64,000 nucleotides of DNA, taken from contig NC_134030.1 of assembly GCF_964204645.1 (NCBI RefSeq), positions 8,413,122-8,477,121 on the forward strand, given 5' to 3'. Made by a program: the position numbers and the translations under genes. Each line of letters begins with the position of its first letter. Within the stretch, counting starts at the first letter, position 1. This DNA comes from Tubulanus polymorphus. Lineage: Eukaryota; Animalia; Nemertea. This document shows positions 1-13,484 of the stretch, in pieces. Under the pieces are notes generated by a model. It was not told the origin of the DNA. It worked only from the letters and a program-made list of their open reading frames with translations, and did no database searches.

Positions 1-621
1 AAATCCTGAAAACATTGTTACCTATCATCATTTCTATGGTGTACAGTATATCAGATCATGGAGGGTATATTGTTAGGTCTATACATGTAGTATAGTCTGA
101 TGATTTATAATTAACTCAACTCCAATGAAAACAATGATTCTGGACAGTGCAAACATAATGGCAATAGATCTGCACTGACAGGGTCCCAACGTATACTTGA
201 TTCCTAAACAAGAGCTTCTAAACAACAGAAAATGTTCTTAATGGTGCTTCAAACGCCTTTGATTAGAGCAAAATGTGTGAAACTCCTTAAATTTTGTGAA
301 ATAGGTCATTAGACATTATTGTAGACGTACGGTAATCGGTACAGCTGGGGCCAGGAATTATTTTAACCCGATTAGGTAACTAAATTAGAAAATGAGTTGA
401 GTGGTTGGGGTAAAAAGGATAAAGATTTGCTTACAGAACCAGCGAATTGCTCATTACCGAGATAAACACTGGGAGGAGTCTACTGTGATTGGGATATAAA
501 AAATAGAGAACATTTCCTTGAATAATGTTTGTGTTCAAATTGACTGTCATTTGCATCAGATGCTTATATTTAATTGTAATGAATTTGCTAAATGGTATAT
601 TTTTCAATATTTTTTTCATAG

Positions 622-2648
622 AATTTCTTCCCGAGCAATAAACAAACGATCGAACATTTTGAGAAACATTTCAAGGAGCATGACCTGGATGCCATCGTCG
701 AGATTCAGGTACACGTGGCTTGCATACACTTTGTTATTGATAACACGCGTGAGGAGATATTCAAAGGCTTATTTACCGGTTAACAATTCATATTTTTTCA
801 GCGTTCGTATGAGTTAAATGTGATGAAGAAAAAGCTCAAAGAACACGTTGAGGAAATGATCCACGATGAGGAACCAGTGAAAGAGGTTTGTTTATTGTCT
901 GTCTACCACCTATCCATCCTTGCATGTATGCTTTTACATATTTCTACACTGAAAGCGTCCTTCAATTCCAATCAGAATCAATGTCTCGATGTTTAGTATG
1001 CTTCCTCGTAGGGCCCATTACGAAGTTGCACTTGGGTTGATCAGATTTACGATGGCTTTTCAGTAGTCTGTTTATGGTCGTATAGATGGAGAGTACAAAA
1101 AGTCTCAGGAATTTCAGGATATTTTAATTTTTTTCATTGCAGATAATTGCTTTTGTCAAAGAACAAATGAAGAAAACTGCAAAACTGGTCGAACACGATT
1201 TAGTTGTTCAGGTTCGAACTTTTTTTTTGGTCACTTTATACTTTCATTAAATCCGCCTATTTTTCATTTCGCTGGCTTATTTACCTAATAATTAAAATAA
1301 TATACTGTATTTAGATGTGGAATTGTATTATGGAAGCTTGTGAGTGGAATAAGAAAGAAGAACTGGTCGCCGGACAAGCGTTGAAACATCTGAAAATCTA
1401 CGCTCCTTTGCTGGAAGCGTTGGCAAACACCGCTCGATCCGAGATGACTCTCATGTTGAAAATTCAGGAATTTTGCTACGAAAACATGAATTTTATGAAA
1501 GTTTTCCAGAAGATCATCATTCTTCTTTACAAAGGTAAATGGTTCCTTTCGATTAGTCGTCAAATGGAGCCTAGTGTACATGGGCGAAGTGACTGGAGAC
1601 CTGTCAGTCTCGTTGCAAGGCAGTTGAGAGGGCCTGGCTGGATACAATTAGTTGCTTGAATGTTTCGATGTGTACTAGTTTACTACTCGCTGGTTAGTGA
1701 CAATCTGTCTTCAGTTCCAGCCATTTGCCCGTGTTCTACTTTTGAGTAAACTGGTTGTTTTCAGTTCGGTGATATCTGCCATAATCAACAACAAAACATG
1801 GCACAGCTGACTAAAACAAAGCAATTTGACATGTGACTTTGGATACCCTCCAGAATATTTGCTACATAACGCATCCCGGTTGCTGTCGATGTGCGCATTG
1901 TGGAGCTAGAGATTGGCGTAAGCTACGCAGTTGCTAGTTTCTACTAGATTTTCAGTGTACGCACTGCTCACTAGCAACAGCATAGTTGATTATTGCAATG
2001 TAGGCTAGGCTTAGTACTAAGCATACTGAAATATCGTGAAATTTGCGTTTTCAACCACTCTTTTATGTTTTTCTCTACGTAGCGAGGGTTCTTAGTGAAG
2101 ATGCGATAATCAGGTGGTACAAGAACAGCAGTGAATCGCGTGGCGCATTCTCCTCGAAAGGACTAAGCGTCTTTCTGGACGATATGAAACAGTTCGTTCA
2201 CTGGTTGGAAAATGCAGAAGAAGGTTAGTATTATCAGTCACGAACGAATGAGGTAGCAGCAACGCTAGTGTGACTAGCGAAATTCCACCGCAATCCACCA
2301 GGTTTGCTAGTGTACGGTACGACATCAATGCTGAATATCTTCTCAAATTCAATTAAAATCTCACAATTTTAGAAATTCTATGCATGGCGTTCGAAAATTG
2401 GGCCACTTATATAAACTTTTAAGATTAATCAGATCTTCGTCAGTTGTTTGCCTTATTTTGGATTGGAATTCCGAAAACTGAGATCAAAGTTTAACGAAAA
2501 TGAACCAATTTTGATCGAGTTTATCTGATATCATATCTAAGTGGTGCCATCGGGAAAATCGGAGAATTTCTTTTTGATGAAATTTTTTGCTTCATTTTTT
2601 GCAGAATCTTCCGAAGAAGAAGATGAAGATGATGAAGAGGAAAAATAA
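622..2648 (+). CDS. BZW: Basic leucine zipper and W2 domain protein / eIF5-mimic protein (5MP, krasavietz-like), 3' part only; exons 622-708, 802-885, 1143-1211, 1315-1534, 2083-2223, 2605-2648
   Basis: In-frame AG/GT-bounded exons translate to [17 protein letters not shown]...[35 protein letters not shown]...[42 protein letters not shown]...[26 protein letters not shown]. These are the conserved BZW W2-domain motifs and acidic tail. The 5' exons lie upstream of the window. Confidence 0.95.
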
Positions 2649-4433
2649 TTGTACATATGTTCACTAGAGGGCAGCTCTGCATTGATGATGATGTTTTGTA
2701 GCTTTTTTTTATGCATATGCCGTGCCCGCTCGGAATACATGTGTAAATCATCTATTAGTGTATATATATCCAATATGATATGAATATTAAAAAACATAAG
2801 TATGAATGTGCAAACTACGGAGTGCCTATGCTGCCTATAATAACGGGGATATTTTTCTGTCATGTTAATCTATTATTCGCATTCGTTGTTTAGTTCGAGT
2901 GATCGGCTTTCATGAGAATAAGGTCTCATTCCCTATACCCTATATTGTCACCTATGTAAAACATTTCACCTTCAATGTACTTTGTACGTAAACGGAGCTG
3001 CCAACTACCTCCGGGGGGCGCGGACCCCGAACCGGGTATCTATCTTCAGGGAGGAAAACCGTAGAGATGGTCTCCCGATTATTGTCAAAAAACAATTTGG
3101 CGTTCCTGTGATAAGAGCAATAGCTGATTTCTCGTTCGCCTGTCGTGTAGTGTCCTGTCGATTGGTTGTTGACAGCTCTGATGTAGATATCATCAATGAG
3201 TGTGTTCTTAATGTCTAGTGTTGAATTAAATGAATTGGTTTTTTTTTTGAAAAGGAAATTAGTTCTCTACATAGGGAAGACTCGTACGCTATTTCACCAG
3301 CGTTCAATGCGACGAATTATTGACGCTGTATAGAAATGTACTACGTGTATATATATATATAATTATTGTGTGGGCAGTATAGACACAGACATTTGTATGT
3401 TTATATATAAATATATATATGGGCTTACAGGTAAAAAGAAAACAAGAAAACTACAGGCGGTATTTTGATAAATTAGTAAAATCGTCAGTATATTTGTATA
3501 ACCGTAGCCGCCACCGTCGTTCGTCTCGAGACCGTTCCACTCCGTACACTCACTAGAAAACAAAAGTCCGATACGATCATATAATATATACATGTATTTA
3601 TTTTTTATGTGCGTGTGTATGTTTGTATAGGTGTTATATGGATTTGATTATCGAACGAAAAAAGGTAGCTAGTTAAATGTGTGTCACAAGTAATACGAAC
3701 AAAAAGTTGTGTGACGATCTATATGAAAGGGGAAAAATCCAATACACACAGATAGCGGTTTGAATATCCGCGTCTGAGACTGGATCCGAAAAATCGAATG
3801 CGGCTGATAGATTCGTGTTATATTATTTAATTATTACTATTATTATCGGAAGATGGAATAATTTTCAGTGTAGATTTTTGGAGATGTGTTTTTGTAATGA
3901 TAAAGGAACGGACTGACACTCTGTACGGGGAAACGACGTGTTGCATACTAGCAGTGGTCGGTTAGATATTATACACAATATGTGCTGTGTTTATTTCGAC
4001 GGGAAGGCGTTGTTTTAAAAGAAGAAATTTTACGAGAACAATATATCGTATCTCGTTAGAAGGTTTTCACCACACCGCCTGCGCCTAATTATATCAGACA
4101 TTTTTTCATTCTCGTTCGCGGGGAATCGGACTACCAGCATCATGATTTAATCCCTGCTGGATGTAGATCGTGTGTGTTTCAGTATTTTTAGTATCGGTGT
4201 ACTGTGTAGTCGACGTGACAGATGATTCGGAAGATAGTTTTTAAAAACACGGTACTCGTTCGCTCTGTTGAAAATATTAAGATTTGTTTTTCGAACGGAA
4301 ATTTCCCGCTGTCTCAAGAAATGTTAACAAATTGTCAGAGCGTCGATTTTTAAAGTATATGTAACAACAATCGTGAACGTGAGAAACCTTCCTGAAATTT
4401 GGGAGTATATTGTATGAAAATGGATTCTCCTGT

Positions 4434-4439
4434 AATAAA
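4434..4439 (+). terminator. Candidate polyadenylation signal of BZW (about 1.8-kb 3'UTR)
   Basis: AATAAA followed by GT/T-rich sequence (ttatgtgttctttg), downstream of an AU/UG-rich UTR-like tract. Confidence 0.45.
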
Positions 4440-6614
4440 GATTGAAGTAACGTATTTATCTCGGAATTATGTGTTCTTTGAAGGTGTTGGTTTCAAGTCG
4501 CCTGAGGAGCCAGATTTTCGTCCGTTTTTGCGTTTTTTTACTCGTGGAGGCTTGACGTGTCGATGGTTTTTAGTGGTAAAAGTAAAACACTTAACATAAT
4601 GTTGGTGCAGAAAAAGTAGTGACAACAAATTTGATTAAGAGGATAAATTCATTAAACAAATCATTAAAGTGCCGAGATTCCCGCCACAGTAAGTAAAACT
4701 AGCGAGGTCAGATATTGACCGTCTAGTGCTGCTCCTATGTATAACGGTAGCGGGGGAAACGTGAACTAACATAATACTCGCTTGCCAAAGGCCATAGTGG
4801 ACAAACTATTTACCGATTTGCGGCCCTGAAACTACTCAACTGGCAATTTTTCTATAGAAAAAAAGGGTAAGCTTGTATCGGGATAATTCTGTTGGGTAGA
4901 GGGCGAAGGGTGTTGATATTCTACATAGATCTGAAATTAATCCTCGTAGAAATGGATCAGCGAACAAGGAAGTTTTATTTTTCACAAGTTTGACAAATCC
5001 TTTTACATCTTTGTAATAATGACGCCATGCACAAAAGCGCCAGGAATAAAATCACACGCGATGGGGCCAAGGGGCTGGTGGAAGCGAGTTCGGGAGGGAT
5101 ACAGGACCGGTGGCATGCGAGGATGACAAAAATCAGGAATTGACTAGAAAAAGAGAAAGTACAATCTATGCTATTTTCGAATTCAGTTAGTTGCATACAT
5201 AAATCAGGAATTGACAAGCACCCGAGAAAGAAAAACATCAAGAATTTACAAAGAGTGACAAGAAAAACTGTATGTTACTCAAAAATAAGAAGGTTTTACT
5301 AAATGTCGATTAAAAAAAAAGCAAAATGAAATGGAAGTCAATAATTGTAATCCTTAACTTCTACCCCTCGGCAGCCATCTTGATGTACTATGACGTCATG
5401 CGAAGTATACGCAAAATCCACATTAGTCCAGCCAACGAACATTTTGGTTCTCGGGCTTCCATGGGACCTTTATTTTCGTCCTGTCTGTCTGTGGGTGTAT
5501 CTGTCTTCCAGCTACTCAGCTTCGTTAATAGTGGGCCGACCTTGATGACATTTGGGTGCAATGTTAGTACACTCTAGTTTTGCAGTACAAAGAATGGGCC
5601 TAGTGCGCCAGCTGAAAACCAGGCACTAAAAACTCTGTTCTTCACCGATATGACCTTAAAGATGAGCCCATAACTGAGGAACGGGGTCGAAATTCTAACA
5701 TTTTTCTCGACAAAATTTAGCTATTAGCCCTTGGTACAACATATCCAAAATGCAATGGGAACTAACGTTTGGGAATTTCCGAGTTTGAGCCTTAACCCGA
5801 GAACCGTTGTCGCCTATTTCTAATGACAGCAATCTTTCGAAATGCCAGACGACTGCGATGTAAAGCTGGCATTCCTATCATTCATTTATTCATACACTTA
5901 TTGAAACAAAATAAATGATAAGAAGAATATTTTCCTACGATCATTATCTATTCATTCAATGATATATTATAAAGACAGATAGATGGTGACAGTAAAAAAG
6001 TGAAAACTACACGCTTTTGATACACGATTATAGACGAATTATTTTGACTCATTCGTCCCGTCGCGTTCACGTGAAATGTGTAAGCCTACGAAAACAAAAA
6101 TAAAAATCTAAACGCCACTGATAGAAAGTTCATTAATAACACCGTCTTCCTGGGGCATTGTGCCGAAGAAGCGAAAGTCAACGTAAAATATCTGAAGCAA
6201 TAATTCATAGCGCGACTCAAAAAACTCGAAACGTCACATTAATACAGATTGCCCGGGTTAATACGCTCGCGGAAACAAAACCGACGATTCTGATGGATGT
6301 ATTTTATTGTTGAAATTGTTCACTGAAATATCGCTATTTCAGTTGAATATGCCTTTTATAACTTGCCGACCGGTATTTTGACCAGTTTTTACTTCGAAGA
6401 CGCCTTTATCAGTTGCGCAGTGGAGTAATTTCAGAGGTTTGTAATCGACGAGTTTTGTAATTTCAGATATTTCCAAGATTAAAATATTCGAGACATTTGA
6501 AATACTAAATATTTGAAGTGTATATATTATCTTTTTCTCGAATCATAAAGGCATTTGCATTTGTGATTTGATTTACAGAATTGTGTAGAATAATTCTTAC
6601 GATGATAATTATCT

Positions 6615-6748
6615 ACAGGCCCGTGCCAAAGGTGGTTTGGGGGTAGCAAACGAACCTTCTAGAATTTTCAAAGTCCCCTTCAAAAAGTATAATGATCAGG
6701 TACTCAAGGTACTCACTTCTTTTAACAAAAATCTCGGCACGGGCCTGT
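6615..6748. mobile_element. Small MITE-like element with 13-bp terminal inverted repeats
   Basis: acaggcccgtgcc at the left end and ggcacgggcctgt at the right end; no coding capacity. Confidence 0.65.
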
Positions 6749-6822
6749 CAGAAACCTGGCTCAACGATCGTCTAGGTATACGACCGATCTCGATCAAAAC
6801 CGTTTATTTCTAGGAAGATAAG

Positions 6823-9800
6823 ATGAATCATTGCATTGTCGGGCTATTGGTATTGGGCGTGGTCGCGCGGTGTGCCGGCCAGTTTCCGCGTAGCGTTTAT
6901 CTGGACGTCGACGAGACGTTTAAACTAAGCTGGAGATACGACGTGGACGATCGTTCCATAACTTTTGAAATCGAAGCTAAAACTATCGGATGGGTGGGCC
7001 TTGGATTGTCTGCAGACGGGCGGATGAACAACAGTGACCTAGTTTTCGGCTGGAAAGACAAGAGAACCACATTTGTCAAGGTAATGTGAATTCGTAACGG
7101 CTTTGTATTTTCAACGACTGTCGCTCACTGCTTTTTCAGGGGAATTTGAACGATAATCTAAAATCAAGAATAATGAACATTTTTCCATAGATACTCTGAT
7201 TAGAACCTGTTTCATGCTAAAGCATCTATAAATGATAATTTTTTTCGAATCTCCGATACAAGGATGCTATTGGTACTGGCAACTTACAGTGGCAGTTAGA
7301 TACCGATCAGGATTGGAAGGTGAACAATTGGGTGGAGGAAAATGGCTATACGAGAGCAGAAATATACCGAAAACTGTGTACGGGCGACTACAAACAAGAC
7401 CGAGTAATAGATGTAAGATTTTTTATTTCACATAACGAACGATGAGTTTTTTAACCAACGGTGAAACATTACGTCTGCGTTGTGACGATATAGAGAATCA
7501 CACACTGATATAACGAGAAATGTTTAAAGTCCGAAAAGTTTCCTTAGAGCTAATAATTCGACGTTTCGACTATAACCTGATAGTCATCCTTTCATGACTA
7601 TCAGGTTATAGTCGAAACGTCGAATCAATAAATCATTAGCTTTAGAGAAACTTTTCGGACTTCATATTTCTCGTTATATCAGTGTGGGATTCCCTGAGTT
7701 TATCTAGTTTTTTTATACTGCATGTATCTTTTCCTCTGATATGAATCCTTGTATTTTCTTTTATCTATCTTCGATGTCTTATTTGCGATCATTCAAAAAA
7801 GATATTTACTTCCATATTCTACATACAAAGCGCCTGCCGCTTTTCTCGGCATTTTGTTTTATAAGGCTAAACAAAAATGATACCTTGATTCTCCTAATCG
7901 GCCGGGTCATTTTGTACAATGCAATAGAATCTGTTCATTACTATAGCTGCCGCATCTGTTATGGTAAGCTTGATCATGATTTAGAAACAAAATGATGTCC
8001 AGGGTAGATAAGAAGCCCGGCCGGGTCAATCTTTAAGCTCAGCAGAAAGGAGAAACAAGGTATCGATTTTTTAGCCTTGTAGTTGAAGACAAATGCATCT
8101 TTTACATGCGTTTTCTAGTTTGAAATAAAAAACACGTTTTAAACACTTTGCAATCTACAGAATTCGGCTACATACATGCTTTTCCTGCGCGGCAGAACTC
8201 CACCCGAAGACAATAATTTCGACAAGATCACCGGAGTCGTTTGGGGTTCGAGACTTATCTACTTACTTGATCCACCGACACCAGAATTCCATAACACACA
8301 AGCGAATCTAGCAACTGCAGATCTTCTCATTAAAGATGTAAATAGCTATCGAATCTGTCGAATTAATCTGAATCGAATTTAATTAAGAAAATTAATCTGA
8401 TATAGAATCGTGTATGCAGGGGCAGATATAGCGAAATTAGAAGGCCGGTTTTCGAAAGAAAATTTCTTGGATTAAGCAGCATTGTAATATATTAATTTAT
8501 ATTAATATACAATAGTCTGGCAGAAATTGGATTCTTTTCTTTCACTCGACAGGTTCAATACGAAGGTACTTCTTTAGTAGTGTGTCGACTTTATGGTTTA
8601 ACAGAATTTGCTAATATAGCATCCAAGCACCACATAATCAAGGTAAATAGGACAGCGTTAAATGTTCGGGGGTAATCGCATTATAAATGCGAAAAGGTTT
8701 GGTGGAATCCATATGCATTTGCAAGCTCTGCATGCGCGAAGCTTTTTGTGATAGGTTCGGAAGGTCACTAGTAGATTTTGAAAAATTAATTTAAAGCGTT
8801 GAGATGCATCTTACCGACTACTTTAAGTGAATATTTCAATAATGTAAATCATTCTTGAAACATTTTACAGCATAACCTTTGATTTTCTAATACACGTACA
8901 ACTATACATTCAATCACATGAAATCTATGTACTGCTACATGTATATTACAGTTTAGCTCCTGATTCAACTTGGTCCTTTAGTTATGAAACGTTTTCAGTT
9001 CTACATGGATTTTCGGCCTACTCATCCAACAGCTTGTACTTTAGTCTACGAAGACAGTCACATTTTGAGGAGGGTTTTAGAACTCTAAAAGAGTATGAAG
9101 CGTTTAGATGCATTTCCCGCGGGAAATATGAGAAATGTGAAAACCCGACGGAAATCAAGCGCTGGGAGCTGGACAATCGTCGATGAAAAATGAAGTCTAT
9201 TCATTTGATTAGTGGAATTCAGGATATTGCGGCAGGGGGAGGGGGTAGCTTAACGAATATCATCAATATCTTACGTGCGTCGGTCTTCCATCTTTATGTA
9301 GGTAAGGTGAAGTAAGACGCGTTGTATGGAAGAATTGCAAACTTGCCCTGCGTGCATGCAGAACAATAAAAATTACAACTTCAGAAATAACATTTGAATA
9401 TACTTTCAGACGGAAGCTATTTTCAATAGTTCAATACCAAAACGTATTTCGCTCTACCAGTGCTTCGGCATTCCCAGTAACAACAACGCCGTGCAAGGTG
9501 ATTGCAGCGACACTTTTATGTCAGTAGGAGGCACCGGAGAAACGACTACGCAAGTTCTTGCCGAATATCGCGAGAAGTACTGCACTGAGCTTATTGCTAC
9601 GTTCGGCGAAAATAGCGAGGTCAGTGGCGCTTTCCCTGAAATTGGGGACAGGGGTATTATCTCTATATGCAAAAACGAATGCCATATGATCTGAAAACAC
9701 ATGCAGTCCCCCTTAATCATCATCCATTTAAATGGACCAGCATTCATTCAAATGGATTTAGAGCACGATGGAATTATGTTTTTGAATTGACAATTTATGG

Positions 9801-11688
9801 AAATTAACTAGGGATTTACGTATGCTTATGTGAAAATAAATATTTAGGGCGATTTTTTATGCGTACGTACACTTAATCTCGTTTATCCTAGGCAATGGTT
9901 TTTCCGGATGCCGCCGGTATATCAATCGGGGCGGTCGGTGACGCTCAAAGTTTTCTCCTCGAATTGAACTACCCAAGGGGTGGACAGAAAGGTAATTCGC
10001 CTATACGAGTGAGAGATTTCATTATTTCGTGTTACTTGGTACACCGCGCGAATCTTATATTAACATTTAAAAATCAAACATTTAACTCAAGGTGGAACTG
10101 ATAATTCGGGTATCAGATTAACTTATACTTCGATGTTACGACCCCATGACGCAAGCATTCTACAAGTCGGCTCCACACCAACCAAAAACATGGTAATACC
10201 ACCGCTCTACTATAACGGCTTTTTCGTAGAAGGTCACTGCACGCAAGCATGTTTTAGTCAGGTAAAAAATCGTAAATGAGCAAATATCCCGGTTCTGGGA
10301 ACATTCAAAAACTTTTTTCTAAAATAATTTTGTTAGCATTAGGATCCTTCGAAAAGATTTCCTTCGAGAATTTAAACTTATCTATGATATTTGCATGAGG
10401 CATCAAATATGTTTCGAGTATCTAAGAGCGGTTTCTGCACTCTATATCGGTCCTATATATCTATCAAGGGATTTGCCGGTGTAAATTTCACTGGTGAACA
10501 GGAAGTGACGGTATTCGCCGCAAGTATTGCGACGCATCGAACGGCAATGACGACCCGACTGCGGCACGTGAGGGAGGACAGTATGGGCGTAGAAACTCTC
10601 GACAACGAACTACCATTCATCATCAACGATCAGAGATACAATTCTAGAATGCAAATATGGCATCCTCTGTTGAACGTCAAGCTGAAAACGGTAGAATCCT
10701 GAACTCAACGAATTTGAAAATAATTCTAAACCTTTTGTAAACGAAGTTTTTAGTATGTAAGGTTTTTTCAGAGTGACAAATTTATCGTAGAATGCAAATA
10801 CGCGCTGGACAATAAAGTGAAATTTGTAAGTAATTTCTGATATGTATTATCACGCAAAGATTTACCGTCATTCTAGATCAAATATATTGTCATATTTTAC
10901 CGATTTCAGGGTGGCTTACGCGGAGAGGACGAGATGTGTGTCGGAATGCTGGCCTACTATCCAAAAATTCTGCTGTCTCGTTGTATGACGGCCCCTGAAC
11001 GATCCGGCATCATTCGAATCAATTTGCCAAAGCCGACAAAGGACCAAGTGTACGTTGACGGTCACCAGCCTATCGTATTCCCACGTGACCTCGATGGATA
11101 GTAATCGTGTCTTATTCTTTCTTATCGTTTTCACCTGTAGATATAACGATGTTCAGTACTACTCAGCTCTGATGTACGGAGTAGATTGGAGGTATGTCGG
11201 GATCAGAAACAAGTTCCAGTTACTGACGCTCAGAAATGATGCAGTCGTAGTTTGCACCAATTCGAAAACAGGCCAGATCGTCGTAAGTCAAAACGACAAT
11301 TTTATTCTTACTTTCTATGACGATTAATTAACGTAGCAAAAGATGATCTATATGTAGAATGGAAAGCGTTACTTTGAATCCGATTTGCCAGAAACGGATC
11401 GTTATATCTAGATATTTGATTATCATTTTTCTTATATCAGTAGTTTCCATGAATCGATAACGATAGTTTTATTCCTTGCAGCTAAATCGCCTGGTGACTC
11501 AGTACCATCGTATTGATAAGATGTACAACGAAACAGATAAATACGTCTGCGTCCGACCAGAAGTGGTGACACCGCGCGTGGTCACGGTCTTAGTAACCGG
11601 GAAAAATCCTAGCGGATCTTCTGCTGTGAAATCCGTCCAGGGGCTCGTTATGTGTACACTTTTCTTGGCAATGCTTCAGTTATATTAA
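6823..11688 (+). CDS. DBH-like monooxygenase (MOXD1-like; DOMON + Cu type II monooxygenase N/C domains), about 639 aa, probably catalytically inactive; exons 6823-7080, 7263-7412, 8161-8337, 8553-8642, 9410-9619, 9892-9991, 10092-10261, 10469-10690, 10772-10825, 10910-11049, 11141-11282, 11482-11688
   Basis: Signal peptide; DOMON motifs (FKLSWRY, GWVGLGLSADGRMNNSDLVFGW, RKLCTGD); monooxygenase motifs (KHHII, FPDAAGISIG, DNSGIRLTYT..LRPHDA, IPP, GHCTQAC, IVECKY, GGLRGEDEMCV...YYPK). The C-terminal tail is hydrophobic and GPI-like. All 12 exons join in frame with GT-AG introns (1920 nt). Confidence 0.9.
7495..7692. repeat. About 200-bp palindromic (foldback) repeat in MOXD1-like intron 2, each arm carrying the 3' half of a hammerhead-type motif
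   Basis: Arms of about 95 bp are near-perfect reverse complements around the loop cctttc (7588-7593). One arm recurs at about 55511-55615. Confidence 0.85.
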
Positions 11689-11913
11689 TCATTTAATAAC
11701 ACGGAACTCCTTACTCTAATACATACGCACAGAAGAAATTTGTACAAACAAATATCACGGCTTCGCTATAAACAGGCTTGTGTCATAGATTCACTGAAAC
11801 AAAGATCTTTCTTACACCAACAGTACATAAGTGGTGGTACAATAACGTAGAACATGTGCACCTGTACTCGCAAATAATTCGTCCGTATTATAAAAGAAAT
11901 TCATAGTTTTTAC

Positions 11914-11919
11914 AATAAA
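11914..11919 (+). terminator. Candidate polyadenylation signal of the MOXD1-like gene
   Basis: AATAAA about 225 nt after the stop codon, followed by T-rich sequence. Confidence 0.5.
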
Positions 11920-13484
11920 AATAACATTTTATTCATGATCATAACTCATTGTTTTTATATTTATACAGAAAGTCAGTACCCAACCCCTCCAACGAGATTT
12001 AGGATATGTGAAATCAAGTTAGTTTAAAAAAGCTCAGCAATTGTCGGACAGAGGCTGGGTCTAGAGTCGGTTTTCTCATTAACACATTTTTTGAAACTGA
12101 AGTCCAGACACTGGAACTGTATAGCCAGTGCTCTATTATTCATTATTAATGCTAATTTACAAAAACAAATAAGCTATCACAGATTTTGCTTCTTGGAACT
12201 CGGTCAGAGCTATAGCATTATGACGGTATGCGATAATAATGGCACAAGGAAAAATATCAGAGGGGAAAATATAGCATGGATTTAAATGCCAGAAGGTAAT
12301 ATGCAGTGAATTTAGCTGATAGATACGTTTATCTTGAAATAGCTTCCATATATGTAATAATAGCACAAAAGGCTTTGCTTTGATGTAATTAATGATAGCA
12401 AGCTGTTGGTTTGTTTTTAATTTGATATTTTTCATAACGATAAAAAGAGAACTTTGATTTGATAATTTCAACGAAACTTATGATTCGATTAATTACAACG
12501 AAGAATCGTATCAAATTTTTTCACACGCTATTCATTTCATCGTAGATCGATATTTATATTATTTCAGACTATCTACTCTTTAACTGGAAGTGAGCGCAAT
12601 ATGAAGGCACCAGAAGGTCGTATTTTTCAATTATTTGGAACAAGAAGAAATGGAAGGGTGAAGGGAAACATATTTTACAATAGGCGTTTCAAAATGGAAG
12701 GGAACAGGAAAAGAATATAAATGAATTGTTTTTTATTTTTTGGATTATTTCTGCATAAAAGATAAAAAAGTTGAGTAGAAATTGTGATGAATTTGATTCA
12801 AACGATGGGAGAAATCGAAAAATTAACTTTTATGCAAATCACGAGATTGAAAATTAAGACGAACATTTTAAAAAAGTTGTAAAATCAAGACGGGTATATA
12901 ACAAAAAAAGATTTTTTGGTTGAAAAATTGTGATGAAAACACGGAGGACTATAACAATTTTTTTCTTATTTGATAAATTTTGCAGAATTCTGGGAGGCGG
13001 AAAAATGATAAACAATGACTGCGCATTCGCTATTTGATTTCTTTCAATCTAGATATATGTTATAAAAATTTTGAAATCTTATAGTGCGTCATCTGGTGTA
13101 GGTAAGAATATCATGTCCAACGTTTACAAACGCTCATGCTCGCCAATTCTCTGTACATTTCTTTCTGGCATTTTTACCTATCGTATATTTTTGCCTCAAG
13201 CATTTTTTACCTATGGAATCTTTAACTCTGGCATCATTACCTGCATTCGATTATCATAGTCGACAACCGCTTTCATAGCCAGGATTTCAACTCATTCCAC
13301 ATTAAGGAATCATATACAAATGCTGACTAATGAGAGGTTATAACACAAATACAGACTTGAATTGTACAAATATTTTCTGTTTTCGTTCTATAAAAGATTA
13401 TCGGTATGTTGGTTAACACATACGAATCACCCAGCGCCACGCGTTGGTCATCGTGATAAAACTTACCCTACGAACACTAATGTT

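Noticed and set aside
97-178. Possible intronic C/D-box snoRNA (tgatga ... ctga) in the BZW intron
   Set aside because: Imperfect C box, no convincing terminal stem, and no recognisable rRNA guide.
8628-8633. HH in KHHII as the CuH ligands of the monooxygenase
   Set aside because: In the DBH/MOXD1 family this motif lies upstream of the true ligand pair (VHHxxxxxC), which here is replaced by KR.
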